In this document: positions 11,101 to 23,100 of the stretch, piece after piece
Numbering within the stretch: the first letter of the stretch is position 1
Layout: the number at the start of each line of letters is the position of its first letter
Assembly: GCA_950097015.1 (NCBI GenBank)
Contig: CATNEN010000002.1
Location: 3,286,001-3,350,000, forward strand
From: Macrostomum hystrix
Lineage: Eukaryota > Animalia > Platyhelminthes
Reading direction: 5' to 3'
Length of the DNA: 64,000 nt
Notes under the pieces: model-generated
Databases searched by the model: none
Told to the model about the DNA's origin: nothing
What the model saw: the letters and a program-made list of their open reading frames with translations, nothing else
Program-made: the position numbers and the translations under genes

Positions 11101-14100
11101 AGTGATTTTAAAGTAGCGCTGCCCGATGCCCTGCGAAGGAATCTCGGAAGCATTCTGAGGCCGGACAAAGCAGACAATCTCCTTGTTGTTGAGCGTGTCG
11201 GGGATGTCGCTGATTGTCAGAGTGTTGCCCTCCTGCTTGGCGTAGTGAGGAAGTCCGCTCTGGCCGACTAGATAGAACTCGTACTGGTGCGGGAATGGGA
11301 TCTCAGAGACTCGACCGCCCCTTCAGAATGGAAAAAGCAGAACAGCTGATATTGTAGTTGTAGTGAGCAAACAAAAATTTCTTTCAGACGTTTGGGTTTA
11401 ATAAAAGAAATTCTATTTTCGATAAGAGACTTGTTTCTATGAGTTGATCGAATCTGCAGTGTTTGATGGATTCAAAAAACTATCCAGGCAATAAATGTTG
11501 CCTAGTCTCCACTAACCTCACTAACCTCAGTCTCTCAGTTTTTCTCCAAATCATGTCAAGACCACCACTACTCCGCTCCAATTGTTATACGAGTATATGC
11601 AAAATACGATACAACTTCATCCGCCGTTCAAAACGCATATTTAAAAGTTAATTCCAATTATGTTATAACAAAAATAGCTAAATAGTAAATGATGTTCTCC
11701 CAGCCACCCTAACTCCTCCTAGATCATCGTACAACCACGGGCCAATCAGAGCGCGGACTAGCTCTCTTGCTGTTCGGGCATTCTTACTCATTGTATTTAG
11801 CGTCGCATCGGATCAGCGCCACTCCACCGCGGGTCATGTAGAACTTGAGGTAGCGGTCATTGTAGCTGTACCACTTGTAATACTTCATGCGAATGCGGAT
11901 TTTCGACTGCACTTTCACAAAGTCGAGCTTTTTTGTGTAGGATGTCACGGCTTTGGTCTCAGGATTCTGTTGTTTAGCTCGGCACTGCCATTGGTAATCG
12001 GCGTACCTATCGTAGCTTGGCACCCGACAGTAGACAATGTTCGCCGCTACCTTCATATTGTCGCATTGCTTTATTACTAGAGGCACGTCCGACGATGTGT
12101 ATGGATCATAGTGCACCAGCTCCAGGTCCGTGCCGTACGGATTTCCAGTCATTTGGCAGTATATGGTCACATTCGGGTCATAGTAGCCGGCACCAGTCCA
12201 CCAGAACCAGTCCATCGGAGAGTAGACAGTGTCGGTCACCGCGAGGCTGTCGTTTTGCACTTTGTACATCATGCCGTAAGTGTCTTTCACGATGATCTTC
12301 AGCTGCAGTGGATCGTCTGAGGATCCGAATTTTTACAGAGACATTGTTATGAAGGGTTGAGGTAGACTATCAAAACTAAGTATTTTTTTTCAAATGTTAA
12401 AAGGCGGGTAAGAGAAAAAGTGACAAAAGTTATTATATAATATTATACACACTAAGTCAAAAAATCCGTAAATAAACTTACAGTCCATCGACTCGAAGCG
12501 CATGTTGATCGACCTGGTTTTGTGCGCAACGTCGTTTTTCGCATTGCAAGTGAAGGGCAGTTGATGTACATGCTTGTCCATAATAAAAGTAATGTTCGCG
12601 TAGCTTCGGTTTCCGATCTGACCCGCGTCAGCCAACTGTTAAAATAAATTCGGAATGTGTGAAGCTAGTCAAAAGGCTACATTGAATTTTGGGCTTTCGC
12701 AGTGCACCACTGCCTGACGGGGACAAATTTGGAACAGTAATACAACCTGGAAGGAGTTTGCCTGTGCAAGCATCCGTGTGTAATTTTACACAGTATATCT
12801 ACTACCCGTGAGGGGAGGAGTGGCAGAGCGGTCTATCGCATTTACCTCTAGCACCAAGGTCCCTGAGCTCGATTCCGTGGCGAGGCCACATTCATTTGGG
12901 GCGCAGCCACAGAGGATGCCCTTGAGGGCCAACCTCCGAGGCACAGTGAAAGTGTACACTGCCTGACGATGAGAAATTCAGGGCGATGTACACACCTGTG
13001 TGAGCATGTGTTTGCGTACAGTATCTGTGTACTTGTGTACTCAGGAGTCAGCGGAATGGGCAGAATTGCCTCCTTGCTTGCGCCAGGTATAGTGTCACCA
13101 AATTATGTGCCGTTGACTGCAGCCCTCGTGCAATTAATATATTATTACTATTGTTTATATAGTTGATATTTTATTTGAATTTTGGCTGTTCATCAAAACT
13201 AAAGGTAGGAACTAATTTTCGAAACTTGCGATTTTCTAAAATTAGATGTACATTTGGTCAGTGTCTCATTCAGTCTAGTTAGCGCGCTCATTGTACATTT
13301 GCTATGCAACTAGTGCAGTCTGACCATGAGCCATTCTCAATCCGACTCCTCCGTACCGAAGGAATCTCTAGCGCCAATCGCAGCACAGCATGAGCAGTCT
13401 CAGCGGAGCGGCAGCCTGTACAATCGCTCGTGTTGGAAGACAGGTGGTCCGTGCTAACTGTGTCAGAAGGAGATCAGCCACGACACTCAGATGTTCCATT
13501 CCTGTATTGCTACGACTACTTGGGACCTGAGCACAAAGTACTATTCGAAAAATTGCTACAGAGTACACCATGGGAAGCATGCAAATGTAAAATCAAAGGA
13601 ATGATATGCGACGAACCGCGGCGCACATTTGCATACGGAAAGCCGTACACTTACGCAGGAGTCGAATGGCCAGAGAACGAAAAGTGGCCTGAAGAGCTCC
13701 TAAAAATTCGGGACCAATTATCCTTAGAGACTGGAGTCGAATTTAACAGCGCTTTGCTCAACCTCTACCGAGATGGCAAAGATTCCATCGGATTCCACAA
13801 GGACGATGAAGATTGCCTTGGATGCTATCCAACAATCGCTAGCCTCCCGCTTGGCTCTGTAAGAACCTTGGTCATTCGAAATATCAAGGAATCGAGAGAC
13901 TACAGCCTCGTCATGAGTCCAGGAAGCTTACTGTTCATGCGTGGGCTCTCTCAGACTGACTTCCTACACTCTGTGCTGAAACAGCAGCATAGTGCACCGC
14001 GTATAAATGTCACTTTTCGCTGCGTTCAGAAGCGAAACTGCGGTTGACATCTCATTTCTAAGCCGACAAGCCAAACAATCAAAAACAAGGTGGCGCAAGA

Positions 14101-17100
14101 GACAATCAGTGACAGGCAGCAGCTCGGTGGCAGACTCAACATCTGCAGAGGAATCGAGCTTATGTGACGGACAGGCGACAGCTCAATTCAAAGTTCCGAA
14201 AAATAAGAAAGCAAAGAAAGGACAAGCGCTGGGAAAATCAAGTGATAGACCGGAAATGCGAACGTTAGCAGTGAAAGCGACCCAAATCGAAGTAGTGCTT
14301 GTCGACACTGCATGCAACACCGACTCCAGTCTACTGATGGACACGGACCTTAAACGGTTGAAAGCGGTTGAAGAAGGTGTCGCAGCGGTCCTGAGTGAGA
14401 TCAAGCAGCTAGCACACCGGCTTTCTATGGATGACTATATACGAGTACAAAAAAACCCGAAATACGCTCCAGTCGTTGATTTCTTCACTAAGTCACAATA
14501 CTGAGGCCCGGCTGCTGGCCAGCCAAGCAGAGATTCTTAAAACACTGAACACGAGTAAAGCAGAATCAACTAACCAAAGAAAGCAAATGATTGCTTCAAC
14601 CAAAGACTTACTCACTGCCGAAGAACGCGCAACAAGAGAGGATATTCACAAGAGTAAAGCAGCGATCAAGGAGTTCCATGATAAAATCACAGAGATGCAT
14701 AGCCAGCCAAAACAGGTGTCAAGCCCAAGCAGGACATATGCGGAAGCCCTAAAATCTCAAACAGCATCATCAGCACCATCGAGAAGCGAGCAGCCGACAA
14801 GACCTCCAGAAATCTCGTTTCTGGCAGCGCCAGCAGAACAAGCAGCTCGACACCCAAAAAGGTCAACGCAATCGCAACACGATGTAATCGTTCTGAGTAC
14901 CAAGCGAGGAAAAAAATGATCGACTACAGAAGGATTTTCCATAGCAACACATTGCGAGATGTGTACTACGAGTGGCAAAGTAAATTTATATAAATCCTAT
15001 GAGCACCGAACTTTGTCGCTCGCTTAGATATCGACTTAGATCCGGGTCTCTCAGTTGAGTCGACATACAAAGTAGTGTCAGCGATTGCAGAGGGATCGGC
15101 AAACCATCATGCGAGCTGTCAGCACCTTGTCATTCTTCCCGAAAAGAACACCACAGTCGCACAGATATTCGAAGGCGAACTGAAGGACTACAATGTAAAC
15201 CATCGCCTACTGGTTATCGATTTCGCCGATCACCACCATCAGTTAGATGGAGTACTGAGTGGAAGCGGAGTGCATCTTCATACAGCAACTGCAAGTTGTG
15301 TGAAAGACCTACAAATTAAAACAAGAAGCTATGTAAGCCATCCAGTGCAAAACAGAAGAATTCCAACTAATTCGAGAAGTAACGAAAGGCTGGATTACTT
15401 CCAAAGAAACACTCACGCTCAGTACCAGCCAGCTCGAAGTAAATATCACCAGAACTCCTTCGACAGAAGTCACAGAAATTTCACGTCTCAAACTTACGAG
15501 GAGAACTATCGTGCAGATATGGAGGACAGCCGCGGATGCCGCCACCGTCGCGGTTACAATCGCTATCCCAGATATGGTCTCTCTGGCCACAACAACGCAG
15601 CAAGCGCACAATATGAGACTGCTCCCTACTGGGAGAGGCACTCAAGAGGCACTCGAGACGATCGCGACTTCGGTGGTGCTGGTGGCTGGCAGCCGTCCGA
15701 TTGCCATACCACCCGCTACAACGGACGCTACGGTACCAGGCCTTGGTAGATCAACAAAGCGGCAACAAAAAGATTTGCGACAAAGGAGGAGCGGAGTCGA
15801 GAAGGCTCATGGTTAACGTTTATCGTAGAAACTTCTGAACTTCTTCTTGTTGCTTCGCTGTAGTCTTCTCTCACTGTTAACTTCTATCTATTCCTTTTTG
15901 TGATAACTTGTTATCTCATATTAAGCGAAACATGCTATCTCATTCAACCGCGAATTTTAAATTCCATATAACCCAGGCAGCTCAGGGCAGTCGCAATCAG
16001 TTCACTTCCAAGTATTACGATGAGGGTGTCTGGGAGGATATAAAAGGTCTCATTCAGACGTATTCCACAATAGGAATCGTTCTCACAATCGGTGATTTTA
16101 ATGCAAGGACGAGGTCAATGCAAGCAAATTGTGGTCCTCATTTCCAAAGAGTTAATCAGGACACGGGAAAAAACAAACATGGCCTCCAACTCTTAGAAGT
16201 GTGTTGTGAAACAAAATCAGCCATCCTCAATGGGCTACGAGCGTAAGTGGAGTAGCTGAAGGGGATATTTTGGGAACCTACACTTACAGCTGGGACGCAG
16301 CACTATTGTTTATGCCATTATTCCATAGATAGTCTTGACATGGTGGAAGATTTCTTCGTCCACCCTCAAAACTTCCTCTCAAAGCACTCTCTATTGGCAG
16401 TCAAAGTGCGCATACAAGACATGAACCCTCAGGAAGTCGTACGCGGGAGCAAGACCATAAACTATCCAAGGCCACCCACCTGGAATCCCGTTGCACAGCA
16501 GCACTTCATCGAAGCTCTAGAAAATCAACAGAGTCAACAGTCAACAGAGTCTGGACTTCATAAAGCAGATTGTTACACAGGAAGAAAAGGAGACCTCATC
16601 TATTGACGATCTCACATCTAAGTTAAACCGTCTGCTGGAGGAGTCCGTTCCCAAGAGCGGGGGTAAAAATATTATTCCCAACAAATTCTGGATAAACAGA
16701 GACGAAAATCTTTGGGATTTGGCTAAATCATTAAAGTACGTAGCAAGGAAAAAAGTCGAAAGCCAGCGGACAGATCACTAGTCACAGAATACGATGAGCT
16801 TGCAAAGAATTATAGGAACCATCTAAAATACTGAAAAAAGCTGACATAAATTATCTTATTTAGAAAATGGCATGCTCAAACACATCCAGGGGATTTTGGT
16901 CAGGTTTAAAAAGAGCCGAGGAATTGCTGTTTCAACAAGCGAGTTTCCAGGGCACAACCCCCAATAGCAGATATTCAGAAGCACCTTAGCAGCATTTTCA
17001 TCATGCAACCCTCAGTCAGATGCCTCCGAGGGCATCCTCCAAACCCAAAAATCTTTACAGACACAACAGTCGCACCCAGGAAATTGATAAGGCAGTGAAA

Positions 17101-20100
17101 AAAACTAAAGAAGAAAAAGGCAACAGGAGTTGACGGAATAACAAACGAGCACACGATAAATTAGAAACACATTTCAAAGACCTGAATTTACTATCAGCTA
17201 ATCAAATAGGAAACAGAAAAGATTGCCGGACTTCTGATAACATCGCAGCCCTATTGACATTAATTCATAAAAAGAAGAAAATGAAAAGACCTTTCCATTT
17301 AGTTTTCTTTGATTTAAAAGCGCCTTTGACCACCCAACCCTAGTCACGCGATTAAAGCAGTTGGGCGTGAACCCAGCAATAATAATTATCATTGAGAGTA
17401 TGTACTCAAGCGCGAAATTTCACCTCAAGGTGTCAGAAAGCACAGCTACTGAGACGTTTTAAATTACTAATGGCGTCAGGCAAGAATGACCCTATCTCCA
17501 CTGCTATTCTCCCTATACATCGACCCGCTAAGCAGAATTCTATCAAACTCATTTCAAAGCCATACCTCCATATTGAATGAAGAAGTAAACAACTTGCTTT
17601 ATTGTGACGATTTAGTCATTTTTGGTGTAGACCTGACAGAATTACAAAAAGGCCTCGACGAAGTAGCCGATTTTTGCAATACTCATAAATTAGAAATAAA
17701 CATTGAGAAGACAAAGCTTCTGAGCTTCAATCTCCAATCTCCATCTCAATCTCCATCTCAATCTCCATCTCAATCTCCATCTCAATCTCCATCTCAATCT
17801 CCATCTCAATCTCCATCTCAATCTCCATCTCAATCTCCATCTCAATCTCCATCTCAATCTCCATCTCAATCTCCATCTCAATCTCCATCTCAATCTCCAT
17901 CTCAATCTCCAACACAATCGAGCGTAGACAGTTTTTACATGGTCAACTGGTTGAACCCGTACAGCAGTGGTAATATCTTGGGTTTCACATGAACGTGAAG
18001 GAAATAATAGATGCTCATTCCATAGAACTAGGCAAAAAATGGATATCCAATAATGCTTATGAGAAAGTTAGCGGGATTTCAGAGAGTAAAACACAAACAG
18101 CTCATCTTGTTTAGCACAACTTGATTGAATGCATAGTTCTCTATGCATAAGAGGCCTGGGGAGCTTTTGTCTTCTGAAAACTGGGTACTTGGGATGGGAA
18201 CCTTAGAGAGAACTAATTTTAGAATCTGCAAGTCGATTCTGCAAGTTAGTCCAAACACTGACAGCAATGGTGCTCGGTCCGAATTAGGAAGACTACCACT
18301 GTTATATAGTATTCAAAAAAGAAGCCTTCAATACTGGTCCTCAGTTCGGAGCCGACCAGACTCCATCATCGCGAAATTGGAGGCAGATACAGAATACAGC
18401 GATGTTGGCATTGGGGAAAAATGAGTAGTGAAGTAATGCGGAATTGTCAACAGACTAGAAAAACAGTCCATCAAAACGCACAGGGAGAACTTGAGTCGGA
18501 GTTCCGAGGGCACTGGACTCAGAGGATGGGAAAAGCAGCCAAGCTCAGCCACTTCTTCTACACGTTTAAGAAAGATTTCTCTAGAGAAAAGTACCTAACA
18601 ATAATCTCTAACCCAGAACAAAAGCGCACAATGTCCCGATTTCGTCTAGGAAACCACAAACTGGCCTGTGAGATATTGCGCACTGTAAGACCGGAAATCG
18701 CCTATGAAAACAGAACATGTCCAAAATGTAGAGTCGAGGTAGAGAACGAAACTCATATTCTCTTTAGTCCGTTGGTCCATTGGTCGGCTTATGTTCCAAT
18801 TAGAAATAAAACACAATAGCTATTCTCCTTTCGGGAGCAAAGTGATTTCAGTCACAGTTTTAATTTTATCTTTAAATTTAAATATTTCATTTTTAATGCC
18901 TTTGTTTACAAATTAAAAATATTTATTCACCTAAAACTGATCTTATGCATGCTAGTGTTTTTCTATCGCCGTTTTTATCGAATCGTTCAGCCTTGTTACC
19001 AACATCAAATAAACAAAAAAATCAGCACCCAATCGGAGCGCGCGCTTCAATAATAATAATAATAATATATTGTCTTATAATATATTATTATTATTAACGT
19101 CGTCAATAACTGGCGGCGAATCGAACGTCGTCAATCTTGTACAAAATAATTTCAATACTTCAAGATCCAGAACACTTACAACCACGCCAGGAACGGTAGT
19201 AGCATTCTTCCCCCAAACATCCCACCAGATCTTGGCTGGCGGCACAGCGTTTTCATCGTAGCAATAGAACCACTGACGCCCGCCATTGATGAAAGTCCCC
19301 TCCGCCATGATGCATTTCGGTACGGGCGGCTTCTCTGAAGGTGGAAATTGAAACGAAGAGTGCCTAGAACAAAGACTACATGCAACTTGTTGGTGCAAAC
19401 TAGTCCAAAGGCTTGACCGTGACCTCATTAAGGCTTCAAAAATGCCTTGCCCAAGGCCACATATTGTTTTTCTTTCGGCTGAATTTCGAACTCCAAACCT
19501 CATAGTAAGAAGTTCGAAGCTCTAACCATTGAGCTAAAGCCACTAGCTCCAAAGTTACCCCTAGCTCCATCTCATAAGCTTTCTTTCCAATTCAGGCCTG
19601 GTACCTTCAACTGCAGTGATAAAGACGTTGTATTCCATGACCTTGGAGAACTGCGACTCGCGGCCAGGTTGAAAAAAGGTGTGGCAACGGCAATAGTACA
19701 TGCCAGAGCTGTCGTGCTTCGCGCCGGTGATGTTCAAAGTCGGCTGAGTCTCCGAGTACAATGGGATCATCTTGGGCCGAGTGCGTCCGAGCAACTGCCG
19801 GGCACTTTTCAGCGGCGTGTACACCCAGGAATAGCGATGACATGGCAGCCCGTCGTCATCCAGATTGTTGCTGCTAGGCAAGCATGATAAGTTGACGCCT
19901 GCACCCTCTTTTAGATAGATGTTTCTGGTGCCTGCGAGTTTTGGCAAGACTTCAATGTCCGCTTTCTTCGAGTCAAAATTAGACACCGCTATTGTTGACT
20001 CTGGCTGACGCTGGCAGCTGAATGTGCCCCAGTGCTCCACGCCCAGCGGGTTCAGTACAAGATCGTCGCCATCGCGAGACACTCCAGGCGGTAGCAAGTC

Positions 20101-23100
20101 TGCCTCAGTCTCGTCCATCGAGCTGTAGCGCTGCTTGTTCTGCGCGCCCAGAGGATTCCCCAGCGATACCGCTGAGTTTGCGTTGGCCGGCGTGAACTTC
20201 CAGTGGATGGGAATGCTGACCTCGTTTGGACTGCGGACGATCTTATTGCACTTGAGGCGCATCGCACTGCCCACAGGCTGCTCCACCTTGCTGGTTGGTG
20301 ACGTCAGTTCCCAGTTGAAGGGCTGCCCTGTGTGTGGGAGACAACAGAAATACTAAATCCAATGAAAGCAGGTCTATTGGCGATATAATCAAGACATGTG
20401 AAGTGGGTGCTCAGATTTGAAATGGTGGAGTACGACGACATAATCGCCAAAGAATCATAGCCAGGAGGGTCAGGTTTAGGAGAGGAACAGGGTGCCTTAT
20501 GCATTCAACCTTTTTTAGTTAAAAAGACCTCCGGGTACTGAAGTATTTCAAATACAGAATAATATTTTTTCTGCATCTCTAAAGATATGAACAACCAATT
20601 ACAATGAAAACACAGAACGCTAAAATTTTCTGTTCATTCCAATAAACAACTTGAAAAATAAAAAATCATCGGCATCAGCGAGATATTCAACGATTCTCGT
20701 CGGGGTGTATGCTGGCAAAAACCACCAACACCTGTAAAATTTTTCTGCAAAGAAAATTTCACCATATGCCATGCATTCATGCATTCAAATTAAACTGTCT
20801 AATTAGCACACTTACGTGGCTTAAGAATGATCGGCATTCTTCGACTAACAGTGACATTGTTGACCATGTCGCTGACGTGGCATGTCCAATAGCCGGTGTC
20901 ATTGTCATTATTCATGTCGTGGACGACTGTGTCCGTAAAATTGGCGCCGTTGGCCTGCTGCTTGATGGCTTCGAAGCGCTCCGAAAGACGCCCAGTAGGG
21001 AACGGGAGCCGTGTCAAAGTGGCCCTGAACTGGGCCGGTCGCGACGGCTGCATTGTGGAGTGGACGGTTGTGGATTATTGTTAAGTTTCTTAAGTTTTAA
21101 TGTCATTTAGAGAAGAGCGACGAACCTCCTTGGCCACAACTGAGCACTTTAGAGTGGTGGTGTCGGGGTCCTTGGGATCGCTTCGCAGCACCACCCTCTT
21201 CACCGAGCTGCTTTGCACCGTCAGGTTTGAAAATGCCACTGCGGACCCGGATCGTCTGTTGAAGCCTTCGCATCTGTACCGACCACTGTCTGACGGGCTG
21301 GCGTCCTTGATCACAAGGCGGGTCGACTTCTCATCGCGCACCTGGTAGATTCGGGACGTATCTGCCAAACGACGTCCATCAGAGTCCTGCCACTCCAGCA
21401 GCCAGGCGGTGCCGTTGTAGCCGGGTTTTTGTCGCCTGACCAGGCAAGTCAGCACCACTGTACGACCGGACGGCACATTCAGGGTCTCTGGCTCCACGGT
21501 TGGAACCACGTCTGTGAATGCATCGGCCACGGAGTTGACAGTTATGGTACACAATATGCTGATCCCGGGATATTACACACAGTATAAGATCCTTAGATAT
21601 GAACTGCTTTGAATCTGGTTCACTTTATTCAGCTTTTAAAACTTTGGATTTACACTGAACTAGTTGATTTTGTGAACCACTTATATTTTTCTTGTCTGAG
21701 AAGTAGCGTAGTCATGCAGAGAAAAATTTTGCAACAAAAATTGACAACTGTTTTTCTGCTATCAGTTTCTAGATCCAGACTAGCTAGATAAAACCTGCAT
21801 GTGATGCTGCAAATTCCCATCATAGCATGGTCTAGCCTTAGTCAGCAGTGGCTCTTATTTGACCAATTTTAATATGAGCCGATCAGCTCGGCTATAAACA
21901 GCACCCATATAGGCAAAACCAGTGCACTTGATATCGCTATTATATACTTAGCACATTGAACTCGGCCATTCGATTTGAATGGAAATAGTTAGGTTAAATG
22001 TAAATGGAATGGAAACAAAGCTATTCGTTAGCTTACACTCTTCACAATCGGGTCGCTGTCCTCTTGGTCGGCCCACAATCTTGTCTGCATAGCCTTCCTC
22101 GCAGCTGAAATCGTTGAACAAGGAGAGCAAGCAGTACATGTACCATGCATGAATGAATGCTTGTTTCCTATGTAGAACTTTCGCTTTTCGAATGTGAAAT
22201 CTTATCTAACCACGACTCGGCAAGCGACTATTAGACTCTGCTGAGGTACTGAGTTTTTTACCTGATTTTCCTCCTAGACTCTTAAAAATAACGAACCATG
22301 TAATTTTATTGCTATTTTATCTTCTGTCTGAATTGAACTGGAATTTGGTCTTACGTGTCACAACCCGGAGAGTTCCTGTAGCCTTCTAGGCAGGGAACAC
22401 ACTTCCACCTGTTCACAGTTGAGTTGTAGTCCACAATCTTGTGGAAATCTCCGGTTGTCTTGCAGTCCTGACGATGAAATTGTTAAGTCTTGATGTAAAA
22501 CATTTTTGAATTACGGTTTGCTGCCAAACCATTTGGTGATATCAGCTTTAATTTGAGTTTATCTTATTCCACTGTTTAGTTACATCGGTCTTGCTTGCAA
22601 TCAACATGGACTTCGCTTGTGACTACTTGATGCTAAAACAAATTCATGGTACTTCACAATTTCAGATGCGGAGATAAAAATTGTGTCGCAGGTTCACATG
22701 TCTTATTGAATGCTAAACAATATCTAGTTGCTATCGAGGATCCGACGAAGATGTTTGGGTTAAATCTGTTTGCGCAGAAAATCTATTTGCGCAATATTTC
22801 AGGGGCCAGCTTGCTGCCCGGGCCACCGCCTGCCGCAAGCAGCTGCTTTTAAAACCTGAAAATGCGCCCAGCATCTAACATCTAACGCTCTTCTACAGAT
22901 CCTACGAAGATGTTTAGGTTAATTTTGTTTGCGCAGAAAATCTATTTGCGCAATATTTCAGGGGCAAGGTTGCTGCTCGGGCCACCGCCTGCCGCCAGAT
23001 CCTACGAAGATGTTTAGGTTAATTTTGTTTGCGCAGAAAATCTATTTGCGCAATATTTCAGGGGCCAGGTTGCTGCTCGGGCCACCGCCTGCCGCCAGAT

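Larger units (their letters stand above)
13200..19066 (+). mobile_element. Near full-length degenerate non-LTR retrotransposon (RTEX/L2/CR1-like), antisense within an intron of B
   Basis: ORF1 fragments, APE and RT fragments, C-terminal RFRLGNHKL..C..C..E..H motif and (taa)n tail at 19049-19066. The 5' boundary is approximate. Confidence 0.85.

Noticed and set aside
19477-19541. Functional tRNA genes here and at 8946-9015, 12812-12885 and 40882-40955
   Set aside because: Acceptor or anticodon stems are broken, or the head continues into a SINE body; tRNAscan-SE would be decisive.
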